From positions 326,825 to 390,824 of the forward strand of contig NMRA01000291.1 of NCBI GenBank assembly GCA_002633005.1: 64,000 nucleotides of DNA, in the 5' to 3' direction. The DNA is from Phoronis australis (taxonomy: Eukaryota; Animalia; Phoronida). Positions within the stretch are counted from its first letter, which is position 1, and each line of letters opens with the position of its first letter. Of the stretch, positions 15,101 to 30,100 are shown piece by piece. The notes beneath the pieces were generated by a model. That model had not been told where the DNA came from. It ran no database searches and was given only the letters and a program-made list of their open reading frames with translations. The position numbers and the translations under genes were made by a program.

Positions 15101-18100
15101 ATCTGAACAGAAGCAGTATGGCAGGAACTAGTTTTGCATTATGCTCAATGACTTTTGGTAAATAAATGTAAAGAATCCAACAAGTACATGGATAAATTGA
15201 AACAGAATGCTTACACTGCCAAAACATTAAATATTAGAACAAAATATTAACAAATGTTTACCAGTTACCAAACGATACAGACTTTAATTCGGCATAATAG
15301 CCCCCTGCGGCTCAAAAGTCATTTTGTGGGGCGAATGTAAGCCCAACTTGCTTGTGGACCTGGTTGTTGAGCCGAATTAAGTTTTAGCGAACACGTAGCT
15401 CACAAGTGTGAATGGGCAATTGAATTGTGGGGAGGTGACGTATAATTGCATATGAACAGACGCTAGCTGCTGTGTTTTATTTCCGTCCATGATTTACCGT
15501 GCCAGTGATAAACATTTTGACGTTCTCCAACACATTAAGGCAAAACAAAACTAAACCAGCAGTTGTCATAAAGGGAATCTCAGAAGAACAAAAACGTAAG
15601 AAAACTATAAATGAATACCCGACATTTTATAACAAAAGTTGTTGCCATGAAGAAAAGAAGTGCTCGTACACAGTATTGTTCCAGAACACAGTCCAACCAA
15701 CTCAATCTTAACAGTGTAAATGGCAAGATGAAGCGATTTGAGTCAGTCAGGATAAATCGCCTAACATGCAGTGTAAACGTGACTTGAGCCCACAGGGATA
15801 TATCAACTTAGTAAGTCAATCCAGAATTACAATGTAACTAGGGTAAGAGATTGTAACATCTTGCTAAGTATTACCAAGTGACAGTATAAGGCTTCATAAA
15901 ATTCGAACAAAAATATTTATCAAAATTTCACTTTTCCACATTTCAAAAGCTAACTGTATCATTGAAAATTGAGTTCTTTCTAACTTGAAAAAATTACACT
16001 GTAATCTTTTCCACTCTAATCTATGGAAAGAATTTCATGAACATGAAGGTCATCCATCATTGATTTTGATGAATAGAAATAACGTCTCAGTTACCACAAC
16101 AAGACCACATAACTACCGCTATTACAAAATACCTTGGCTCATAAACCATAATAAAACACCATTTACATAAAAACCTAATATGTATTACGTTTCACCTTTC
16201 ACTGACAAGTTTAAATCTCAAAAAAGTAAGACCATCCACAGATTTTATCACAATTCCTACTAGGAATAAAAAAAAATTATTTCATGAAATGGATTTCGAA
16301 ACTTAAGACAACAGACGCAAAACCATCACACTGTCAGGAGTGCAAAGGATTGCGGAAGATTACAATTAATTAAATATCATTAAAACCAATCTAATTTCCA
16401 CAGCTATCTTTATCTGCCTTAATTCATTGGTACACACTGGAGCATGGAGCAGATAAGACTGGTGGAAGATGAAGACAGTTTATTGAGACTGCACCATAGT
16501 TAATTCTTCAATGCTGCCAATCACAGGATTAATAGAGCAGAGGAGAAAACATCCAGTTGGGGATTAACTTGTCCTTAGTATGGCTGACAAATGACAGATG
16601 TTTGAAGTCTGGTCACAAGTATAGATCGCCTGATAAATACAGTAGACTGGCACACATGAGAAAATAATGACAATATAGCACTGACAGTGCGCAAATAAAT
16701 TACATAGTTAACTCGCCAGTTGTTTTAGAAGAATAAAAAACAATGTCGTGTTCTGGAATATCAAAGAATATTATGAGAGCACAATTTTATGACCCAATAT
16801 GATATCGTTACTATGAAAACTTGAGGGCAGATTCTAAATTCAACATGGCTGCAAAAACAAGACCACTGCAAACCTAAACTATGTGTTCATCCCTGAAGGT
16901 CTAAACAAACTAGTAGGGCACAGAATACAATACAATACAATACAATACAATACAATGCAACAAAGTGCAATACATTACATTACATTAGAATACAACTGAG
17001 ATTAAGTGCTAACTAGACTTTGGGGGTATATACAACTGGAGAACATCTAATAGAATGAAATGTACGTCAACTTCATCTTGAACTGCGCCACAGACGATGT
17101 AAATAGAAGCCAGTCATTGCAGAGAAGTGTTACTTGGGTTTACCTGTATCTAATTACAAACCACCTTTAAAACACCTGTTACCTGACAGCTGCTGTTCTT
17201 AGCGTTGAGCAGAGGCACCGTAAAGTTGGAAGGAAGTGCATTCAACCACTTCATAATTCAGGGAAACTTGGCATTCGTAAACACTGAGCCTACGTTTACA
17301 TTTCATGAATTGTAAAAAGCTCGAGGAATGTTTCAGCTGGAACATTTCCACACGAGAGAAGAGCAGAGAAAACAAATTCAAGAGAACTGATGTCTGTCCC
17401 GGCTTACAAGATATTTATCCCTTTTTCTAAGCGCAGCAACCGATTTCCTTAGAGTATCTAAATCCTGCAGTGTCCGGTTAATACACGTTTAGAAGCACAG
17501 TTAAATACAAGTTGGAATGAAAAAAGGATATCAAACGCTTTGCATGGACAATGAATGAGATGTGGAGTCTGTCAATTATTACAACGATGTCAGGCAGGTA
17601 AATTAGAACTTAATCTGTTACACATGGCCATGAGTTAAAGAATCAATATTCACAATATTTAACATTTTGCCTAACTTTTGACACCTTTACTTTTCATTGC
17701 TGTTCATGATAATTCCTTAAACGAGCCATTATGCGACAAGTCCTTGATCTGTTACAAACCATTTCAATTGATTTGCATTTTGTGGTAATTTTTGATCACC
17801 CATATTCAGGCCTTCTGATTTTTGACACTTGTCATAGTTCTGAATATCGATTTCTCTTCTCTGTGCCTCGATTTCCATGAAATTTTGCACTTAGTTTATG
17901 GACTGTAACCAAGGAAACCGTGTCTCACATTTGATTTTCCTTTGAATAATATAGATATTGGTCATCAAGAATGAATGCTTCAGACATTTTTTTTATAAAC
18001 AGATTTAATGATAGATATCTGTGTTATTTGATGTAAATAAAAATAAAAATAGAAACGGTTCCTTTGTATTGAGGGCAAGAATATAATACTAACACTAAGA

Positions 18101-21100
18101 TGCCCATAGTTAATATATTTTTTAGACATTCGTGTTCAAAATAAAAAAGACTCCACTAAAAATGACAACTGTATGATTAGAAATGCTTGTGCTATGTTTT
18201 GAAAACATACAAACCTAAAAAAAATTAAAATTACGACTCGGTTAGCACAGCGGAGAATCTGCTTGTGCCGTCCAATCCATGATAGAAGCATGTCTACAAA
18301 CTTTCATGAACATCTATCCAGAGGTTTTAGAGAGATAGCAGCGGATGCTAGACAGACACTGGATGGATGGACAGAGAGGGATGATCACATCATGCGCCCG
18401 CTATTATGTGGGTACATAAAAAGCCTTCTTGAAAGGTGAATATTAATATTAGATAATTTGCATCGGATAGTAAGAGAGATGAGAAACCTTCTATCGTGAT
18501 GAATTTTTTCAGACGTTACATCACCAAGTCAGTGACAGTTGCGGCCAACAGGTGGCGTGTGGAATCAATTAACACGTATTTACCAACAAAATTCTCTCCT
18601 TATAATTACATACTCATATGTATATCAGATTAGCCCGTCATTCAATAATTAATAAACACTTCCCTGGTAATTAGATTGAGAAAGGTCAATTTCAAATGAA
18701 AGGGAGCCACAGGTCAAGTGGTTAGAAGAATGAAGAGCGTTTTAGAAAGTATTTTTGCACGGGTGTTGTGACAATACAACTAAGCTCAAATCAATGGAAA
18801 TAGACTGAATTAACAGTTCACCTTAAACACGCGATACGAAGAATGCCTGCTGCGCTGTGTTGGAGTTTGCAAGGCAACTCAAGACTGTTATAAAAAAGAA
18901 CCATAGAATTCTTATGATTACATCTGGGTCAACACACAGCTTTAACTGAAGTTATGCAAGCCCACAGGGAGATTCTGAAACTGAATCGTTAGTTTCCGAA
19001 TTGTTGCAACATCGTAAGTGGAGGCTAGACGTCGATTGACTATATGGAAGACAATGTTCAGTGACATCTTAAAGTTGCCGTTATACTGGCTAAAAAACGA
19101 AAATATCATCTTCGGTCGTCTACCCTGAAAAGTTGGTCTTATATTTTCTTTACCATGATAGCATTCTATTAGTTGCCAACAAGAACATGGAAACCATCAG
19201 ATACTCAAGAAAAGGCTTCAGAGTTTATTGGGGTTCAGTCAACCCTAAAATTTACAAATTGCCTGTGACTTGAATTGATAACGGAAACAGAATCTTACCA
19301 CAATGAAGAATCTTACAAGATCAATTTCATGATAGTAAAGGACCAATTCGGGCGAAATGCAACTTTAAATATTCGGTGACATTTAAACGGATATTATCGG
19401 TTTTACCTATGAAAATATATTTTTGGGATTACTATGGTAATGGAAACGGAATCTTACAACAGTGAGGAATCTTACAATAGCAATTTCAGTATGGTAAAAG
19501 GGTCACTTTTGATGAAATGAAGCCTTAAATATTCATTGACGAAGGCTATTTAAAGGGATGGTATCGGTTTTACGGATGGAAAATGTATTTTGGGGATTAC
19601 AGTTGGAGGGTATCAACTTCTTGAAGTTATTAGTTCTGACCTAAGCTATAAAACAACAAAATCCGTTGTTTCTGTCATTTTATTACAAATCGTCAATTCC
19701 CTCCATTTTCTGCCCGATATTCGCAGCAATCAAAGCCAGTAACTACCAGTTAAATAAGCTTAAAATACTCAGCCACCAGCAGAGCATAAGGCTGCGACTG
19801 CGGTGATCATTACGGGTTCATTTCCGTGCTGAAGCTGATCACGGAAAATCACTTTCCTCACAAATCATGTCCCCTTAATAAAGATGTTCACAGCGTCTTA
19901 TTCATGCCGTCAAATTACCACTGCCGGATGTTCAAATGACTCATGACAAAAAACGTTGCTAAAGTATGTGTGGATGAAAGAAATCAGGCGCGTTTCATCT
20001 TCATCGCTGGGTGAATGTTTGACATTAAAATTATTTTTGTTAGCTTCTGAGTAAGCACAGTCTGGAATGTGGTCATTTAGAGCTACTTCAAACTACTAAC
20101 TGCACGCTCATCCGTGTTGCTGCAACGGCAGAAAATTTACAATAACTTTTAGACTCCATTGTACCAGTAATCATTCACTACGATTAATGTAAAATAATGA
20201 ATTTTTCAAAATGCGCTGGAAATTTGCCCTGTAATCTCCCATTATGTCACAAGAAGCCAACAATTGGTGGACTGATATTGGTTGACTGACACACTGCATT
20301 CTTTTATAGTGGATCAGATGAAGGGCGTTTATGTTCATCATCTTTTTGCATGTTGCTAGCAATTTCTGTAAAGACAGTTGTTCCATCCACATAGCCCACG
20401 TGTTCATCCAAAATTTTTCACTCATGCTGTTTGCTTCAGGTGACGTATCGGCCAATGACGTGCAATCAATCGAGTTCCGTCATGAAGAAATAAGTCAGCA
20501 ACGCTACAACATCACTAAAGTGAAATAGTTCTTAAAAAATCTTAATTTTTAGCACATGGGTTATTTAAGATACAATTTCACCAGTCAGTGTCATCTTAAT
20601 TGCTTGCATTTCTTAAACTCAGAATTGGGACTTTAAACCCCGAAATTTTGGCAACAAAAACTTTTCATTAAGAATGCTTACAAACCTTATTTAGTGGCCT
20701 CCATTCTAACTCATATATCAAAAAACCTAGGCTTTGTCATGTGGTAAAAGTATACATTTTCTGAAAGAATAAAAATCAGGGAATATAAAAATACATTATA
20801 TAGTTATGTATCATTATTATTACCGTACATTGACAACTTTTTAAAGCCAAATTTTCAGTTTTAAGAAAGGTACATTCATAGCAAAACAACCCCTGTTTGA
20901 TTTTAAATGAAACCTTTTTTAAATGAAAACTTCACCATTTACCTAAAAAATGCTGTTAGGAATTTTCAATTAGTCTTTTCGTTTGGTTTCTATGACAAAT
21001 CAACTTGCAAAACGTAAGATATTTTTGTAAAAAATATAAGTTGTATTTGTCTTTTTTACATAATGCAAAAACCATTCCTTTATACCAAAAATCCTAACAG

Positions 21101-24100
21101 TGTTTTTGAGACTGATAAAAAACTATGAAGTTTTGAAAGATTCTGCAAAATCCACCAAGCCGTTTTAAAAACTCTTGCTCATAAGTTCAAATTAAGTCGA
21201 TTTGCCGAAGCCAAGAAAAAGCCGATTAAATTAGGACATCCGAAAATCTCAAGATATCTGGTTAATTATTCGGTGAAAACTTGTTTTCGGTCAATATAAC
21301 CTATACACCCCTTAGTCGCGTTCATTATTTCAACATTCAAGCGCAAAGTCAACTTAATTATCACAAAAACGTTTCATTAGCCAAGTCGATTTCCAAAGCA
21401 TCGAGTCCAACAAGGTCATGGGCGGAGCCAACCTATTTGGTGGGTCAAGCTGGTGGATTGTGGTCCACTTTAAAGTAGGTCAACAGTTCATTGTTATACA
21501 CACCACGCGCCGGGAGACTCATATGAAACCCAAGTATGAAATGGATAACAGAAATTGAGTCGGTGGTTAAAGCACCAGCATGAGATCGAAACAGCAAATG
21601 TCAAATTACCCAACGTGCTGTGTTCGTGTCACACAAAGCCACAAAGGTGTGAGGCGACTCGTAGCATTTCTTTCTCAATGGTCGTATGCATGAAGACACA
21701 CAACTCCCTCAGGATCTGAACTACATTTTGTCTTCGTATTCGTCAGCATCTTTCTATCATATGTACACGTCGTTGACTCAATATTATGGTGACTCGGAGA
21801 ATGAAAGGACTGAAGATACATGCGAAGCTGCTCTGTGCCTGGCAGTAAATTTCATTTGAGTGAGAGCCCCGTAACCTTTGACCTCAGATAATTCATAAAC
21901 AAATTTCCAAGCGGTTGTGCGGGTCCAAGGTGATTCTGCTAATTTTTTATTTCGCTACACGGTATATATTTTGTATTCGAAGTTCCCAAGAATGAAGATG
22001 AGGTATTTTGGTAGACGCCTAGACATATGTGAAATATTGTAAAAATGGCCAATTTTTGAGGATAAGGTTTGAAACAACACATGAACCAGGAGTCGCTTCT
22101 AGCCATGGCAGATTAGCATGGTCTCAGGCAATTACAAACTGTAAGTTCTTTCTAGGCGCTGGTGCACTTATCATTGGCAATAGTCCAATATAACGTGCCC
22201 GTATCAGACAATAAACCGCTATGAAGTCATGCCTTGGTATTTCTTTTAATAGCAAAACTGACTGGTACTAACTATTATTTCCACAAATTTTTAATTACTG
22301 AGTGGCCTACCCACCTTATCAACATTCCCGTAAATATCCCTTAATTCTCGGACATGTGGGAAGGCTACTCTTTAAAATGAATTCTGCTTCCGCCCAAACT
22401 CATGACAGGGAAATTCCGAGTTAGCTGTGCCTCAATACTTTTGGGGAACACTGTAGTTGTGTCACATTCCAGCCAAAGAAAATCAGTGGAGCTTTGCAGA
22501 TCGTGATTGTCCACCCTCACAGATTAATAAAGGATATATATGAACAACAGATATTGAATACCCTACCATATGAACTTGTGCACAGGGAAGGACAAATAAG
22601 CAAGAAACAACACATCAGAGTATACAAACTTAGGGTATAAATAGCAAAGAAACGAATAAGTCACAAGTATTAATGTGAGAAATTGTAGTACAGAGTGTTG
22701 TTGATAGTAAAACTGCCCATCAATAAGCCATGGTAACAAACTGCTGAGCATTGTTTCCTGGGTTACAGACATTTGTTTGTGTTCGCTGCTATGCAGTCAA
22801 ATGTGAAGGAATGCCATTTTAACAATAGAAGCACCAGTCAGAAAAATCATCTTCAATATTTAAAATACACTGAGGCCTATTCATTTCAAGAAACAACAAT
22901 CCAGGTTACTCACTTATGCCTTTACACCAGACATGATTGGAACTCAGGTGAGCAAATATTTAGGGATTACTTGCAGAAATTCCCAGTTACCCTACAGTAA
23001 ATTGGCGAGAGGGACCAGCAGTCAAAATTAGCAGAACAAAAAACTTTCAAACCCATTTCAACATGTGTCACAAGGTGAAATTTGACTGAAAGCGATGGTG
23101 GAAAATGTTTCACTGAAACAACTATAGTTACCGTAAACATATTTCGAACAAGAGGCACAACTTGTCAAACAGGAGGCAGCACTATGTTACAAATCATGTA
23201 GGGAGAACACTGAAGCATTTCAACATCAACTGAGAGTAATTCCGGACCTGAAGATGATTGTGGAATGTAACTGAAATGTCACCGGCACACTTCTCACCAT
23301 CAGCACTTTTTAATTTATTTCAAGTGGTTAATGTACTGCAAATGATTTTTTGCTTCTAGTAAAAGAAACTATCAGCCAACTTCAATATGAACAATTCTGA
23401 TTCTCAGGCCATGCCATGTAGGCAAAATCTAAGAAATATTTCAGACTGAAAGGAGCATTTAAAGATGGTGCTCAATGTCTGCCTGTGAGTAACTCGAACC
23501 CGATGGAAATGAATCATGAACAGTCATGCACTGCCTACTCTCATTGAAAGAAATGTGCATTTGCCCTCAATAACGACTTGTGCATGACACAACACATGAA
23601 CCAGGAGTGTGTAAACATGTTTTTTTAAAAATAGATACCAATAGTGTCTTACCTTACCGCAACAATATCTAGGGTATGTGGTTTTAATGAGTAGTGCAAC
23701 ACCAGGTAGAAAAACTAAAAATATACAGCATACAATTGTATGTGTTGAAATAAAACAGATTCATAAATAAAAAAATCTGGGGACAACCTTTTCATTACCT
23801 CTCATATCCCCAATTAAGTTGCCAAACCAGCACCACTTCTGACTGGTTCTGAATTGTTTGTACTTGAAAGTAGACAAAATTTTACAAATTTTCACAAAGT
23901 TTTGATTATTTCCACAAACATGTTAAGGTCATCAGTATTTAACTGCCAATGTCTCAGACTTTTTTGAGGACACAATAAAATTTTCCGAAATGAAAGGATG
24001 CAAGGTCACGCAGCTTTGGGGAAAAGTTTTTTGCCTGGATTAAAGATCATGATTCGTTTTAATACTTAACAAAAAATTTTTATTCATTTCAATTTTAATA

Positions 24101-27100
24101 ATCTTACTCGCCAAACTCCAGTCCAGCAACTTGAATTTTTCTGGGAAGAACGTACTTTAGGTTTCTAAATCATAGACCTGTCACTGCAGTAACTTTCATA
24201 ACATTGTGCCTATCGCATGGTAACAGCAGTCCTAAATGATTAGCAACTTTTGGCAGATTTAATAACAGATCTACCATGTACTCAATAAAACTGCCTGGCG
24301 ATGTGAGCATTAGTTAAATGAGGAAAGGTATTTAGCTTGGATCAATAATTCTATCTTACAACCTAGAAATGGTCTATTATTCATGTGCTAGCTGGTGTCT
24401 AATCGTGCTGACCAAGTAGCAATGTTGTCTGGACTGGCCAAGTCAATATAACAGGCAGCAGCAGTGAGAAGTTGCCAATGTATGCCATGGAAAGGTTGAC
24501 ATGATTAACACGGGCATTTTTACATAATGTGGTGCACAAAACAACTGAGCACTTGTGGCAAAATTTAGTTCTATGTGACACCTACGCAAATGCAGTTCAT
24601 AATTATACATTTCATTGTTCATTACTCAAACCATTTCAAACTTGTGTTTAAAAAAAATAAATGTCACTTTGACAAAATGAATTTTCATTGTCCCCTGCAT
24701 TAGAAAAATAAAGGCATTTTAACAACACTGTGGGAAATGTGATGTGACATTCTGCCCCCCCTCGACAAGAACATCAAACCCACCTTAAAGACTTCGCATG
24801 AAAACTGACCAATTATGTAGCATGCTTTGAATACGTGTTAATTTTCTTAATAATGCGATTTCAGTGTAGTTTTGTGATATTGGCCGCACTTTTCTACCAT
24901 AGATCTAATGGGCTTGATCACTCGTTGTTTTACCCTCTTTCCCCATCCTGCGTGATCCTAACTTCACAGGTGAGTCAGTTCAACTATTCAGTGACCCAGA
25001 GTGGTGGAATAGGAGCAGAAATGAACATCTGATCATATGTTTCCTGGCTATTAACTGATTAAAATGTCTCTGCTCATGCACGTCAGGAAACGAACAAAAA
25101 AACTGTTTCCATTCAACAGACGTATTTTTAAATAACTATTATATGTTCTAGGAAATTTATTGGAGCAATGCATTAAAGTCAGAAGAGCTTTGTGCAAAAC
25201 TCAGCTACTGCATTATGAATTCGAGGAAATGACACACAACCAGGGGACTGTTTCTCGAAATCTATTTCTTTTGGCTAAACATCACAGCTCCTTTTACAAA
25301 ATCAAGCTAAGGATAAAAGTCTGTCAACAACAAGAAGACAAAAGAAAAAAAATCCCTAACCTGAAGACTGAAGTCATTGCCATAAATCAGTTGGGTCAAG
25401 TTTAATCAAGCAATTTTGACAATAATCTATGGACAAGCAATCTCATGTCAAAATCTAAAATGGCCAAGAAGGGACTCTACAATAATTGAATCTGCCCGAA
25501 AACTCAACTGATGTACAGCGTCAACAGAGGGTGTCACCATACTTGGTTCAGTCCAAACATCAACAGACGACATTGTATCTGCATTACATAACTCTGTACC
25601 AAATTTCATCATGATCCACTGAGCAGTTTTTCAGAAATCCAAAGGACGTCAAGCAAAGGAAATGATGGATGGATAACAAACGGGATAATGACCATGTATG
25701 TGACTGGAAAAAAATTGCGACCACAAAAAAATTAATTTCACTTTTAACAGAGTTGATACCTCAAAACTGTCAGCAGTTTACACATGACTAATATTACTGC
25801 TTTGTAGCAATGTAGGGTACAGTAATACACTAACTGCTGTTATTTCGCACAAACAGAACTGCCAAATTTGTTATTTACATAATTTTCACAGTTCCATTAG
25901 CTTGCTATAAACATATTGATAACTTTACCATGCTCATAACATATACTAATTTTGATGTGAAATTTAATTTTGTAAAATTTTATTTGTCTGACAAAATGTG
26001 TGAATTGTTGCAGGGCTTTGGAAATTAATTATTTCCCAAAATGGACCATTTAAAATGCAGACGTTCGTAAGGGTGAAAATGGAAAAAAACAGATTTTAAG
26101 TTTAAGAACATTAACTTATTTTGTCTTTGATCAAAGTCGGCTTGTGTATGAAGGAATTCATCATTCCATCGATACAGTATAGTTAACATCCAAGTATTTT
26201 TAATTCCCCTGTACACACCAACCACATATACCAACAGGCATGCAACCCCCCTCCCCTGTAACCCTTTCCAAAAATGAGTAACGAAGTACCTCCAAGAAAA
26301 CAAAATGCACACCAATGCAAAACCTTAGCAGATTAAACATGGATATTTGAAGCCCTATACAGTGCCATTTTTGGAAACCAATGTTTTGCTGCATGTTTTG
26401 GTTCTTTAATCATCCAAGTTAGTATACCTAATTACACAAGATAGCAATACAGGGCTGAACTAAGTACGGTAATAGCTCAAAGCATATGAGTAAGTGAATG
26501 GCTTGGGTAAAACCACATTTTTGAGGGTAACAACATTTTAATGGGAGTGACTTTGTTTGTTACCTCACCATGTTATACAGCAATCAATCAATGACTGTTC
26601 CTCACTGTTAACTAACATTTCAATTTAACAAAACGTGTTAATTGACAGTTGTCATCTGCATTTTCCCAGCATGTCAACATCGCTGTTATAGACACTAACA
26701 TTAGCAATGATCAGCTGTTCTACATTGTTGGTATGTTAGAATCTTGATTCAAGACAAAACGCAGCTTGACTGACTCACAATTTCAATGTATCCACTGGTA
26801 CAAGTTAAGCGATCATAGTGCATCGATTCATTTTTGTATGCCCTCATGATGTGGACACACACCAATGCCGATGACCAGTGTCTTACAAAGATATTGCCTG
26901 AGCATTCGAATTCACTTACAATAGTACTAACGACCCCAACTTTTTTAAGTACAAACACAGAAACAGCTATAAAAGAGTCTACTTTACGTCTCAAATTGAA
27001 ACTGACACCTCCCTGAACATCCAGTTATGTCCAACTCAGGTATTCACTATCCTTTCCTTCAAAAACCACTGGCAACACAGTTAGACTTCCATAACACCGG

Positions 27101-30100
27101 AATGGTTTAGTACTTGAGCATGACACTATGAGATCTCAGTCTTCAAGTACATGACAGTAGCCTGTAAATTCAGACCTACAGTGCTTATTTACTAACTACT
27201 AAATTTCAGAATTCTGAATAGATTCTCCAGGAATATTATTGCCCGTTTGTTTGCATAACTCTGGCCTCAAAGTTCACTTGACCAAGCTGTACGTTTATAG
27301 AAGATGAGTGAGAATAATAAAGCAGAGGGCAGGGTAATGACATTTGCCTCAATATGACATGACACTTCCTATTATGAATAAGGCATTGCCATAGAAACAA
27401 TAGAGAAGGAGGGATAAAATACTAGCACAAAGTTCTAGAGCGTGCCTTACTGGACACAAAGAGTAACACAATCAAACATTTTTCACCCACATAGGTACAC
27501 AACAGTTTTAAGGTTTATATAAATGCTTAGTACTCTCAGCGATAGAATATAACAACACCAGATCAATCATTCATTAAGAAATTAAAATAGGAGATTAACT
27601 AGACGACTGCTTAAATCTCTAAGTATCGTGTTTCTAATGAACACATTGGTTTGAAATGAAACATGGACATGATGAAAAACTGCTGCCAGCAGATATGCAT
27701 TCATGGTTCTGTATTAAAGCAAATTCATATTGTAAGAACACCACATTTGTGAAAGTTCGACTTTACTACCACTTGACAAGACTGGCAGGTCTAAAACCGT
27801 CTATGGTGTGGAAGCATTCGTATTTTTACCAACTGCGTTCTTTCAAAATACCCAGTCATGAAGAACTAGATCTGAACCACCACTATCAATATTCATAAAC
27901 AATATTCTGGTGTAAAAAATAACTTTATTCACTGCCATACTTGTCCTTAAGAAGCAACATCAACATGTCCTTATTCACTACTTGGATTGAAATTGGTTCT
28001 AACAAACCGCTTGGTATTCCCCTGCCTTGGCAAATGAAACTACGGTAACAAGCAATGGCAATCAAATTAATAGGCCTTGTGTGAAGCAAATGGACCTACG
28101 CTATCTTCTCAAGCCCTTAACTGGCATGACGGACCTTTCCCACCATTGTCCACGATTGGGGTCAGTGTGAACGCTCAAATTCGGTCTTAAATCAAATATA
28201 AAAGTTTGTTAACAAATGGGAACATTTAAACTTTGGTGACATTGTGGAAGAGTTGACCAACTCTGCTTTCAGGAGTTATCATGTCTGTTTAAGACTGGCA
28301 ATTAGGTTTTCCTACTGACAGAAACTTCGCAAAATCAAGGAGTTGCGGTGTTTAGTGGGAAAGTGACGTCATTCTGAATCTTCCAGTCNACCTTCTTTAA
28401 AAACATTTTGATTTAGCCCATTTACCATTATATAATTAATTCTGTCTTGTTCTTTGCTCAGGTTAGAAGTAAGTTTTAGACTTGAAAGGAACTGACAGAG
28501 ATATTTTCAGACCAGCTGAGTAATTTGCTTGTCATGCCGGGTTAGTTTCAACTGGCGAAGAGTATGGCCTTCAGGTGAATTCCAGCTGTTTAACTGTAAC
28601 CAATTTCAATTCAAGCAAAGGACAAGAATATGATGACTGTTGTTTTTGTGGACCAGCAGCTTTAAATATTTTTTGCAGTACGTATCAAGGCTTCTCATTC
28701 ATGGCAATGTTTAAGTGTTACAAGACATCAACAATAGTAACTGTAACATGTCACTCGAGAGTGTGAACTTGTTACATTTGTGCAACCAGGAGCTCAGACA
28801 AAAAACTTGGGAGTCCGCCTACCAAATCATGTATGCCAGTGCATCCAACATGGGTACGTGTGAAACGAGTGTGCACGTGCCTGTGTGGCGTGTGTATGTT
28901 TGACCATTTGTGTGTGCATTGCAAGGCTAGTGCAATAATATAATATATGTACAACACAAGCACTACTGTGGATCAATACTTGAGCTATTCTGATAAACAT
29001 TGTGTTCGATATATCGTGAACTCACACATATACAGAATGTAATGAACGGTGGAGGCCTTGGTCACTGCATTGACTACCCAACAGTTCTGCTCAATGAAAG
29101 ACGCCTGAAGCTGGAGTCCAGTAAGAACATTCCAGGATTTTCATAGTGTGTAACATTTTCCGAAACACTAACAAGTTTGCAAGCTACTCTACCAGGATGC
29201 ATATCTGACTGCAGCCAATATTCATGTTGCACAAAGATCGATTTATGGCTTGGTGTATGCTGAATAGTAACTGCAGGGGTTTTAGTTTTAACACTTACAT
29301 CAACTTAGTCAATAAAATGTTCACAGAAATTCTAAAAGGACAAGAGAGTCCAGATAGTCCATCAACAGCAGCCATAAAGCAAGTGCCAGGAAAACCAACC
29401 ACACTGTTCAACAAATACCCTCAAAATAGATAGACCATACAGAGCAAACAACTTCAACAAAAGCAACGAGCTGAGAGAGAGCTGCTCATAAATAGTACAT
29501 ACTGGCATATAAAGCAGTACAGAAGACCCAAACTGACAATGGAACCTCCATTCTCCTACTGGCGCATTCAAAGGACACGTTTTCATAATTCAACAGTACA
29601 TGCTATGCAGAAATGTCTCCGCATATGAAATTAATGCTACAGGAACTAGTCTGCTAAATTTTTTACACCCCTTGACGTATGTTGATTATTACTTTAATGG
29701 AACTTATTTATATAGTTCCTCAAATATAGAAATTATCAAATATAAAATCTCCTTTTTTTCCTATCTTCCATTACTGCACAAATACATACATTTATTGGTC
29801 AAGAGTATTTTTATCGAAAGTGCAAGAAACAAACATTAAAAAAAATAGTCAACCGCATCAGACACAGTGCAGCATACACCTCACATTAATTTCTGATTCG
29901 CGTTCAAAAGGAAAGTGCAAGACAATGTTAACTAGGATTCATTTTGAATCCTAGAAGTTGTGCGAGATCTTACGTCAGTGTTTTGCGAGTCGCCTTGCGC
30001 CTCAACAATTGTATCCAACGACAGATTATTTATTAAAGTAAAATAAGGTACAGCTTGGGGGACCCCCACAAAAAATAGAAAACATGCTCATACCCACAGG

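Noticed and set aside
20171-20528. ORFs 20171-20455 and 20331-20528 as a gene nested in the U12 intron
   Set aside because: No recognisable domain or splice pattern; they lie among dispersed repeat sequence and are probably a decayed transposon interior.
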